Shown piece after piece: positions 51,514 through 59,790 of a stretch of 62,590 bases of DNA (position 1 is its first letter; each line of letters opens with the position of its first letter). The notes below the pieces were generated by a model that ran no database searches, was not told the origin of the DNA, and saw nothing but the letters and a program-made list of their open reading frames with translations. The stretch covers positions 1-62,590 of the forward strand of contig CAZHZE010000004.1 of assembly GCA_964537265.1 (NCBI GenBank). The letters are read 5' to 3'. This stretch comes from an uncultured Gammaproteobacteria bacterium (GTDB lineage: Bacteria > Patescibacteriota > Patescibacteriia > Patescibacteriales > GWC2-42-12). The position numbers and the translations under genes are program-made.

Positions 51514-52983
51514 ATGTCTAAACAACTAAAAATAGTTTTTATTTGCGCCGAAGTAGATCCATTTTCAAAAACCGGCGGCTTAGCTGACGTGGGTAGAAGT
51601 TTACCTAAGGCTTTAAAAAGACTCGGCCATAAAATAATAATTATAACGCCTTTTTATGGTCAAATTATTGATCCTAAAAAACATGGTTTAAAACTGATAA
51701 AAGAAAATGTCAGTGTTTATTTAAATTCGGCGGATAAAATCCAAGTTAATTTTTGGCGCGGAAATTTAATGGCGGATTTACCGGTATATTTTATTGAAAA
51801 TAAAAAATATTTTTCTGCTAGAAAAAATATTTACGGTTCATCGCATGAAAACGCACGCTTTTTAGCTTTTGATGTCGCCGCGCTAAAATTAATTTCTTTT
51901 CTTAAATTTGAAGCTGACATCGTGCATTGTAATGACTGGCATACCGGCCTTATTCCCTATTATTTAAAAACTGACTTTCAATACTCAAAAACTTTAAGAA
52001 AGGCTAAAACGATTTATACTATTCATAATTTAGCTTTTCAACTCGGCCATGGTTGGTGGGAAATACCTAATGAAAATAAAGATTATGGTCGTAGCCGCCT
52101 ACCTCATCTTGATGATCCTAAAATCGAAAATGTTAATTTTGCTAAACGAGCTATTTTATCGGCCGACATAATTAATACTGTTAGCGAACAATACCGCGAA
52201 GAAATTTTAACAAAAAAATTCGGTCAGGATTTGCATCGTATTTTGGGCAACCGCCAAGACAAGCTTTACGGCATAATTAACGGTATTGATTATAAAACCT
52301 ACAACCCGGATAATGATAAAAATTTATTTAAAAATTATAATTACGAAAAAATTCACCGAAAAAAATTAAATAAAGAATATCTGCAAAAAAAAGTTGGATT
52401 ACCGGTTGATCCAGAAACGCCAATCATCGCCCTAACCTCAAGAGTTACTTTTCAAAAAGGCATGGATTTAATTTTAGAAATAATAGAACCGTTAGTTAAA
52501 TTTGATGTGCAAATTATAATTATGGGCGATGGAGATAAAAATTATATCGCCGAACTTAAAAAATATAATAAAAAATATCCTAAAAAAATAGTCTGGCTAT
52601 CTTTTAAAGAAAACCCAAATCTAGAAACTCTAATTTATGCCGGCGCTGATATCTTTCTTCTGCCATCGCATCATGAACCTTGCGGTATTAACCAATTAAT
52701 CGCCATGCGCTATGGTTGCATTCCAGTAGTTAGAAGAGTTGGCGGTTTATATGATACTGTCACAAATTTTAATCCAAAGACTAACCGCGGCACCGGTTTT
52801 AATTTTACTAACTTTGACAAATATTCTTTATTCGCTACCGTTATTAGAGCCTTAGAAAATTATCAGTATGAAAATACTTGGCGTGAATTAATAATAAGGG
52901 CGATGAAAGAATCAAATAGTTGGGAAATACCAGCTAAAAAATATGTGGCGCTATATAAAAAAGCCATGAAAAACGGTAAATAA
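51514..52983 (+). CDS. glgA: glycogen/starch synthase (GT5), copy 1
   Basis: KTGGLADV, HCNDWHTG, TIHNLAFQ, EPCGINQL.AMRYG.IPVVRRVGGL.DTV. Confidence 0.92.
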   Translation: MSKQLKIVFICAEVDPFSKTGGLADVGRSLPKALKRLGHKIIIITPFYGQIIDPKKHGLKLIKENVSVYLNSADKIQVNFWRGNLMADLPVYFIENKKYFSARKNIYGSSHENARFLAFDVAALKLISFLKFEADIVHCNDWHTGLIPYYLKTDFQYSKTLRKAKTIYTIHNLAFQLGHGWWEIPNENKDYGRSRLPHLDDPKIENVNFAKRAILSADIINTVSEQYREEILTKKFGQDLHRILGNRQDKLYGIINGIDYKTYNPDNDKNLFKNYNYEKIHRKKLNKEYLQKKVGLPVDPETPIIALTSRVTFQKGMDLILEIIEPLVKFDVQIIIMGDGDKNYIAELKKYNKKYPKKIVWLSFKENPNLETLIYAGADIFLLPSHHEPCGINQLIAMRYGCIPVVRRVGGLYDTVTNFNPKTNRGTGFNFTNFDKYSLFATVIRALENYQYENTWRELIIRAMKESNSWEIPAKKYVALYKKAMKNGK

Positions 52984-52984
52984 T

Positions 52985-54166
52985 ATGATAGAACAAAAAA
53001 ATAAAATTATTTGGATTAATTTACTTCATTTTTACCAACCGCCAACTGCAGATAATGAAACCATTGTTGAAGCAACTGAAAAAAGCTATAAAAGAATTAT
53101 TAACGCTTTAAAGCGAAATGGGCGAATTAAATTTACTCTTAATATAACCGGCTGCCTTTTAGAAAGGTGGGAAAATTTAGGTTACGCGGAGTTAATTAAT
53201 GATTTAAAAAAATTAATTTCAAACGGCCAAGTTGAATTAACCGGTTCGGCTGCTTTTCACCCCCTACTCGCCTTACTGCCAGAAAAAGAAATTATTAGAC
53301 AAATTAAAATAAATGAAGAAATTTTAAAAAAATATTTCGGTAAAAAATTTAAACCGAAAGGCTTTTTTATTCCTGAAGCGGCGTACGGAGTTAAAGTAGC
53401 TAAAATAATCAAAAAATTAAATTACCGCTGGATTATGCTTGATGAAATAAGCGCTAATATTAAACAAAATAATCTTGATTTTTCTAATTTATATATTGAT
53501 AAAAATTCTGGATTAAAAATTCTTTTTCGCCAAAGAGAAAATTCAAAAAAATACGCGCCAAAAGTAATTTTTAAACTAATAGAAGAGTTTAAAAATCAAA
53601 CTGTCATCACGGCCACCGACGCCGAACTTTATGGCTTAAGGCATAATGATTTTAGTTCTACCTTTGAAAAATTATTAAAACGGCCGGAAATTAAAACTTT
53701 AACAGTTAACCAATATCTGTCTGGCTTAAAAAAAATTAAAAAAATTACTTTACGCGCTTCATCTTGGGAATCAACCGAGCAACAATTAAAAAATAATTTA
53801 CCCTATTTTCTTTGGCATAATAAAAAAAATAAAATCCAAAATTTACTTTGGCAATTAACTAATATCGCTATTACTAACATAAATAAATATGCTAAAGATC
53901 AAAATCATTTTTGGTCTCGCCGGCATCTAGATAGAGGATTGGCCAGTTGCACTTTCTGGTGGGCTAGCGCTCATGATTTTAAACTTTATGGCCCGATTTC
54001 CTGGAATCCTGATGAAATAGAAAAAGGCGCTAATGAATTAATTAGAAGCATCCGCTCGTTAGCTAACCCGAGAACCAGACAAACTAAAATCAAGGCAGAA
54101 AAATTATACATAAAAATAAAACAATTAATTTGGCATAAACATTGGCGTTATTATTGGGAAAAATAA
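52985..54166 (+). CDS. glycoside hydrolase family 57
   Basis: LHFYQPP, AFHPLL, IPEAAY (nucleophile Glu), TDAELYG (acid/base Asp). Confidence 0.82.
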   Translation: MIEQKNKIIWINLLHFYQPPTADNETIVEATEKSYKRIINALKRNGRIKFTLNITGCLLERWENLGYAELINDLKKLISNGQVELTGSAAFHPLLALLPEKEIIRQIKINEEILKKYFGKKFKPKGFFIPEAAYGVKVAKIIKKLNYRWIMLDEISANIKQNNLDFSNLYIDKNSGLKILFRQRENSKKYAPKVIFKLIEEFKNQTVITATDAELYGLRHNDFSSTFEKLLKRPEIKTLTVNQYLSGLKKIKKITLRASSWESTEQQLKNNLPYFLWHNKKNKIQNLLWQLTNIAITNINKYAKDQNHFWSRRHLDRGLASCTFWWASAHDFKLYGPISWNPDEIEKGANELIRSIRSLANPRTRQTKIKAEKLYIKIKQLIWHKHWRYYWEK

Positions 54167-54167
54167 T

Positions 54168-55190
54168 ATGAATAAAATTTTACATCTTTTAGATCAGCAG
54201 TTTGTTTTAGACTTATTTACTAAAGAAGTCTTACCGCTTTATCCGGAATTTAAAAAAATTGAACAAATTGAAATTAAACCAATTAAAAAAAATATTTGGG
54301 AAACTACTTATCATGTTGTTATAGAATACACGACTAAACTCATAAAAGACGACGGGGAAATTTTGGAATTGCCTATTTATTGTTCGGCTCATTCTAACGA
54401 ACCAAGAAAAAATTCATATAAAGCTTTAAGTTTTCTCTGGCATCAAGGCTTTGCCCACGGTAATCTAACCATGCCTCGTCCATTATTTTTTTCCGACTAT
54501 TTTAACGGCTATTTTTATCGCGGCGTTCAAGGCAATAACCTTTATTATTATATCCGCAATAAAAATTTTGAAGAAATAAAAAATATTATACCAAAAGCCG
54601 CTGCCTGGTTTGCTAAATTACATCAATTGCCAACCGAAGAAGCTAAAAATTTTAACGAGCAAAATAGCCGTGTCAAAACAGTTATCCCCGGCTATGACTT
54701 TATTTATAATAAACTTAAACATAGCTATTCTGATTATTATCCAACTTACAAAGAAGCTTTTGAATTAATTAATAAAAAAGAAACTGAATTTTTAAATGGG
54801 CTAAAAAAACATTGGTTAATTCACGGCGACGCCCATCCGGAAAATATTATTAAAATGAGCGCCGAAACTATCGCTGTAATAGATTTTACCGACATCTGCC
54901 TGGCTGATTTTGCTCGCGATTTAGGCGCATTCATGCAGCAATTTGAATACATGTCGATTAGAAAAATTGAAGACCAAAGCTATGTAAAAAGAATGCAGGA
55001 CTTATTTATAAATAACTATTTAGAACTTACTAAAATAAAAATGGATAATTCGCTTCGTGAAAGAATAAATATTTATTACTGCTGGACAGCTTTAAGAACT
55101 GCTACTATGTTTTTTCTTAAAGAACAGCCGGAACCAGAACGCGCCCATGAACTTTTAAATAAAGTACGCCAAGATTTAAAGCTAAACTAA
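54168..55190 (+). CDS. aminoglycoside/choline-kinase-fold phosphotransferase
   Basis: FAKLH, IHGDAHPENI Brenner motif, IDFTD, DLG. Confidence 0.8.
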   Translation: MNKILHLLDQQFVLDLFTKEVLPLYPEFKKIEQIEIKPIKKNIWETTYHVVIEYTTKLIKDDGEILELPIYCSAHSNEPRKNSYKALSFLWHQGFAHGNLTMPRPLFFSDYFNGYFYRGVQGNNLYYYIRNKNFEEIKNIIPKAAAWFAKLHQLPTEEAKNFNEQNSRVKTVIPGYDFIYNKLKHSYSDYYPTYKEAFELINKKETEFLNGLKKHWLIHGDAHPENIIKMSAETIAVIDFTDICLADFARDLGAFMQQFEYMSIRKIEDQSYVKRMQDLFINNYLELTKIKMDNSLRERINIYYCWTALRTATMFFLKEQPEPERAHELLNKVRQDLKLN

Positions 55191-55191
55191 T

Positions 55192-55779
55192 ATGGCAGTT
55201 GATACAAAAATCTACGACCAAATTTTTTTTAATAACACGTTAAAATTAGAAAGCCCGTCAGCCAAAGCTTTCGTTTCTATTATAATAAAATATTTCCAAC
55301 CAAAATCAGTTATTGATATTGGCTGCGGCATCGGTATTTATCTGGCTGAAATGGAAAAAAACAATATAAAAATATTAGGTTATGACGGTTCGCCGGCAGC
55401 TATTGCCGGATCACTTGTCGGCAAAAAAATAAAATTTTATGATTTATGCCGCCCGCTAAAAATAAAACGAAAATTTGATTTATGCTTATGCTTGGAAGTT
55501 GCTGAACATTTGGAAAAAAAATATACAAAGACACTAATTAAAAATTTAATAAATTTATCTTCAGTTATAATTTTTACCGCCGCTACTCCGGGTCAAGGTC
55601 CAAAGAGTATAGGGCACATAAATGAACAGCCCCATAAATATTGGCAAAAATTATTTGCAGAAAAAAATTTTAAATTAAATAAAAAATTAACCGAAAAAAT
55701 AAGGCAAGAAATGATTAATAAAAAAGTAGTTTGGTGGATTACTAAAAATTTAATGATATTTCAAAAAAATGAAAAATAA
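55192..55779 (+). CDS. class I SAM methyltransferase (glycan-locus type)
   Basis: IDIGCGIG, LEVAEHL, TAATPGQG..GHINEQ..YW. Confidence 0.82.
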   Translation: MAVDTKIYDQIFFNNTLKLESPSAKAFVSIIIKYFQPKSVIDIGCGIGIYLAEMEKNNIKILGYDGSPAAIAGSLVGKKIKFYDLCRPLKIKRKFDLCLCLEVAEHLEKKYTKTLIKNLINLSSVIIFTAATPGQGPKSIGHINEQPHKYWQKLFAEKNFKLNKKLTEKIRQEMINKKVVWWITKNLMIFQKNEK

Positions 55780-57112
55780 TAAACTTAAAATTTTAATCGC
55801 TGCGGCCGAAGTCGCGCCTTTAGCTAAAGTCGGCGGCTTAGGCGATGTTATTGGCGCTTTACCTAAAGCTTTAAATAAACTTAATTTAGATGTGCGAATA
55901 ATTATGCCATTTTATGGCATAATAGATAAAAACAAATACAAAATAAAATTAATAAAACAAAATATAAAAGTCGGCAGCGAATCTACAAATCTTTGGCAAA
56001 CAAATTTGCCAAACGCTAATGTTTCGGTTTATCTTATTAAACATAATTTTTTTAAAGATAAAACAATTTATTCCAACACTTTAGCCGGTAGCAAAAAGGA
56101 TACTGATAAATTTGCTTTTTTTGCAAAAGCTATTTTAGACAATATAAAAGCTATAAATTTTTCCCCGGACATAATACATTTAAATGACTGGCATGTTGCA
56201 AAAGTGGCGAGGCTATTAAAAACTACCTATAAAGACGAACAACATTTTAAAAATACAAAAACCGTTTTTACTATCCATAATTTAGCTAACCAGGGCATAA
56301 CAGAAAATAAAAACTATATGGCTGAAGGCATTTTAAATTCTGATGTTATAACGACTGTCAGCCCAACTTATGCTAAAGAAATTTTGACTAAAGAATATGG
56401 CGCTGGCCTAGATAAAATTTTAACAAAAAGGAAAAATAATCTTTATGGAATTTTAAATGGCATTGATATAGACTTTTTTAACCCGGTAAATGATAATTTT
56501 ATCAACCAAAAATATTCACTGAATAGTTTAAATAAAAAAATTAATAATAAAACATTTTTACAAAGACAGATGGGCTTGCCTGAGAATAAAAATAAAGCTT
56601 TAGTCGGCTTAGTTACTAGATTTGTTGGGCAAAAAGGAGTTGAATTAATAACAGAAAATTTTTCTAAATTAAATTGTCAATTTGTTTTGCTCGGAACTGG
56701 TGAAAAAAAATATGAAGATTATTTATTAAATTTAGCAAAAAAATTTCCTAAACAATTCAGCGCACAAATTAAATTTGACGAAAAATTAGCTCATTTAATT
56801 TACGCCGCTTCAGACATATTTTTAGTGCCATCGCTTTTTGAACCATGCGGCTTAACACAAATGATCGCTATGCGCTACGGTGCTGTGCCGGTAGTGAGGG
56901 AAACTGGCGGGCTAAAAGATACGGTTAATAATAAAGTCGGTTTAACTTTTAAAAATTTTTCTTCCGATGAATTTTACAAAACTTTAGAAAAGGCTTTATC
57001 TATTTATAATAAAAATTCTAAGCTCTGGCATAAGCTACAAGTTAATGGTATGAAAAAAGATTTCTCATGGGATAAATCTGCTCAAGAATATTTGCGTTTA
57101 TATAAAAAATAA
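55769..57112 (+). CDS. glgA: glycogen/starch synthase (GT5), copy 2
   Basis: KVGGLGDV, HLNDWH, TIHNLANQG, FEPCGLTQMIAMRYG. Confidence 0.9.
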   Translation: MKNNKLKILIAAAEVAPLAKVGGLGDVIGALPKALNKLNLDVRIIMPFYGIIDKNKYKIKLIKQNIKVGSESTNLWQTNLPNANVSVYLIKHNFFKDKTIYSNTLAGSKKDTDKFAFFAKAILDNIKAINFSPDIIHLNDWHVAKVARLLKTTYKDEQHFKNTKTVFTIHNLANQGITENKNYMAEGILNSDVITTVSPTYAKEILTKEYGAGLDKILTKRKNNLYGILNGIDIDFFNPVNDNFINQKYSLNSLNKKINNKTFLQRQMGLPENKNKALVGLVTRFVGQKGVELITENFSKLNCQFVLLGTGEKKYEDYLLNLAKKFPKQFSAQIKFDEKLAHLIYAASDIFLVPSLFEPCGLTQMIAMRYGAVPVVRETGGLKDTVNNKVGLTFKNFSSDEFYKTLEKALSIYNKNSKLWHKLQVNGMKKDFSWDKSAQEYLRLYKK

Positions 57113-57228
57113 AATTTTATCTATAAAAGCCAAAATATTTTTATCGGGTTGACAAAATCAAAAATTTTTGCTAAAATTATATTAGATAATACAAAATCAT
57201 ATTATCTATAAAAAACAAAAACAAAAAA

Positions 57229-57477
57229 ATGTCATTAGCAAAAAATCATGCCAATTACTTTAATTTAGGTCATATTGGCTGGAAATATTACAACACAATA
57301 AAAAAGAAAGCAGTGGAGCAGGAGTTCAGTTGGTCTGGACTCTTTATAAGCTTGTCCATTGCTTTTTTTATTATTATGGTTAGCGCTATGATGCTTAATT
57401 TTATTTTTAATTACTTAGACGGGAATCAAAACAATAATTTTTCTAATCAAATTTATTATCTAGAAAAAAATATTTAA
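57229..57477 (+). CDS. small membrane protein
   Basis: One TM helix; TTGACA-17-TAAAAT promoter upstream. Confidence 0.55.
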   Translation: MSLAKNHANYFNLGHIGWKYYNTIKKKAVEQEFSWSGLFISLSIAFFIIMVSAMMLNFIFNYLDGNQNNNFSNQIYYLEKNI

Positions 57478-57540
57478 AATAATTTGATATATTATTTTTT
57501 AATATAATCTGCGGCTAAAACAAAAAAAGCTGCAACTATC

Positions 57541-57757
57541 GATCATTTAAAAAAACAAACAGGAGGATTAAAAACTAAAACATATGAAGAAGCTGTGTTA
57601 ATTTAACAGCTTAGAAAATTAGAAAAAACCAAAAAAAATAGAAATAAAAAAATCAGAAAATCTGCCAAATTAACACAGCTCCCCTTCCTGCTTTATCATC
57701 ACCTGGTAGAGCGAGCATGGGGAAAAACACCGCCGGGACTCTAGGGGCGGTGTTTTT
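57541..57757 (+). ncRNA. candidate structured ORF-less RNA
   Basis: 13-nt perfect long-range complement gctgtgttaattt/aaattaacacagc; SD pairing with ttcctg; strong terminator. Confidence 0.4.
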
Positions 57758-57883
57758 TTATTTTTAATAAATATGATATAATAACTTTAAGCGTAAAAGC
57801 TCTTTAAACAGTTCCAGGGAGGAACTGTTTTTATTACATTTAATAAACGATCTTTTAAATTATAATTATGGAGGTAGTTGAAA

Positions 57884-59293
57884 ATGGCAGAAAAAAATAA
57901 AGGCGAAGATGGTTGGAGTGAGCAAAATAATTTTCCGGAAAAAGTTTATGTAGTTGATACTAGTGCCATCGAACATTCTATCGACGTATTTGAAAATCTT
58001 CGGGAAGGTGGTAAAAATTTAATCGTTATGCCTTTTGTCGTTTGGGAGGAATTAGACGGACATAAATCCGGCAGTGACTTTAAAGGACGAATTGCCAGAA
58101 CGGTTATTAGGCAATTTAGCGAATTGCTAGACAAAAAAGATAAATCAGTAACATTTTTGGGTTATGAAATGCCTCCGGCCAAATCTGGCAAATTAAGAAG
58201 GGACAAAAATGACCACCTGATTATCGCCACCGCCTACTTTGCGCAAAAAAATAAATATAGAGGCAAAACAGTCGTTTTAGTCACCCAAGACAACAACATG
58301 AGGGCCTTGGCTCTGCATTTAGGATTAACCACGGAATTAGTAAAAGATAATGTCAGCAAACAAATAATTACCAAAAATTACGATTTGAGCAAGAAAAAAA
58401 GCAACCCTCGAGTGTTGGCCAGAGAAATAAAAGAAAACGGCGTTTTTCCTTACAGAAAAAAGTACGGCGAAATCCCGCAAAACGGAATTATTATATGCAA
58501 AACAGATTGCGGAGGGGTAAAAAAGGGCTGGGTAAATCAATTTATTGCCATTAGGCAAGGTGATGAATTTCGAATAATAAACCACAACATAAATATTTTC
58601 GGCATCACACCAAAAGCAAACAATGGCGATATTAATTGGGGGCAATTTCATGCCATGGCTGTTCTTAAAGATCAAAGAATCCCTTTGATTACTTTAACGG
58701 GCAAGGCCGGCACAGCCAAGACTTTTTTAGCTATTTTGGCAGGAATCAGCCAAACAAAGGAGTACAAAAAAATTCTTATCAGCCGAGCAACAATTCAACT
58801 TGGTTACCGCGACAGATTGGGTTTTAGCCCTGGTGACATTGAAGATAAAATGAAGCCATGGTTATTGCCAATTTACGACAACATCGAAGTAATAAAAGAC
58901 ATATTGCCGTCAATGAAAGATAAAATAGATGAAATGATTAAAAAAAGAGTTGTGGAAATACTGGATTTAGATAAAATTCGCGGACGTAGCATCCAAAACT
59001 GTTTTATTATTATTGACGAAACCCAGAACTTGCCGCCAGACCAAGTTTTAGCCATCGCTACTCGAGCGGCTGAAGGCAGCAAAATAATTTTCACCGGCGA
59101 TTTTACTTCAAGCCAGATTGATGTGCCTTATTTGGACGAAAAATCTAATGGCTTATCAATCTTGACCGAAGTTATGCGAGGCAGCCAAATGTTCGCCACT
59201 GTGCACCTTGATCAAGCTATACGCTCGCCTTTGGTTCAAGAAATTCTTAACCGTTGGGCAGCTAGAAATGAAGCTTTGTGCACTAAGGATTAA
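57884..59293 (+). CDS. PIN-domain/PhoH-family ATPase (PhoH2/YlaK-like), SD-led
   Basis: VVDTS, EELD, ND, VTQD PIN residues; GKAGTAKT, IRGRS, IIDETQN, TGD..QID. Confidence 0.85.
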   Translation: MAEKNKGEDGWSEQNNFPEKVYVVDTSAIEHSIDVFENLREGGKNLIVMPFVVWEELDGHKSGSDFKGRIARTVIRQFSELLDKKDKSVTFLGYEMPPAKSGKLRRDKNDHLIIATAYFAQKNKYRGKTVVLVTQDNNMRALALHLGLTTELVKDNVSKQIITKNYDLSKKKSNPRVLAREIKENGVFPYRKKYGEIPQNGIIICKTDCGGVKKGWVNQFIAIRQGDEFRIINHNINIFGITPKANNGDINWGQFHAMAVLKDQRIPLITLTGKAGTAKTFLAILAGISQTKEYKKILISRATIQLGYRDRLGFSPGDIEDKMKPWLLPIYDNIEVIKDILPSMKDKIDEMIKKRVVEILDLDKIRGRSIQNCFIIIDETQNLPPDQVLAIATRAAEGSKIIFTGDFTSSQIDVPYLDEKSNGLSILTEVMRGSQMFATVHLDQAIRSPLVQEILNRWAARNEALCTKD

Positions 59294-59401
59294 TTAAATA
59301 AACAACAGGAGCCGGGAACAAATTTCCGACTCCTCTTTTTTTATCTATTGATTTTAATTAAAAATTATAATAATATAAAATAAAAACAGGAGGTTATAAA
59401 A

Positions 59402-59680
59402 ATGTTTATTACATTTATAATTATTTTGACCTTTTTAATAGTAAAAATAAGGAGACTTTTAAAAGAAAAAAGACGTAGATTTAAAAAAGGTCTGATAAAA
59501 GGTGGCGAGGAATTAATACAATATATGAATTCGCAGCAGATAACAGAAATACAGCAATCTATTATAGACTGCCAGGAGGCTCTTAAGGCAGAAAAAACTG
59601 TACTACTCAGCTATTTGACAGGGCTATCTATAATGATTGTTTTAGCAATTATATTCTTATTTACAATAATAAAATTTTAA
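59402..59680 (+). CDS. small two-TM protein (SD-led cassette)
   Basis: TTGATT-17-TAATAT promoter, CAGGAGG, terminator at ~59693-59718. Confidence 0.7.
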   Translation: MFITFIIILTFLIVKIRRLLKEKRRRFKKGLIKGGEELIQYMNSQQITEIQQSIIDCQEALKAEKTVLLSYLTGLSIMIVLAIIFLFTIIKF

Positions 59681-59790
59681 GGCAGCAACCATAGAGGAAT
59701 TATATTCCTCTTTTTTATTTGTTTTAATTATTGTATAATAAAATTATAGAGACGCATTATTATGCGTCTTTACATAATAAATTTTGATTT

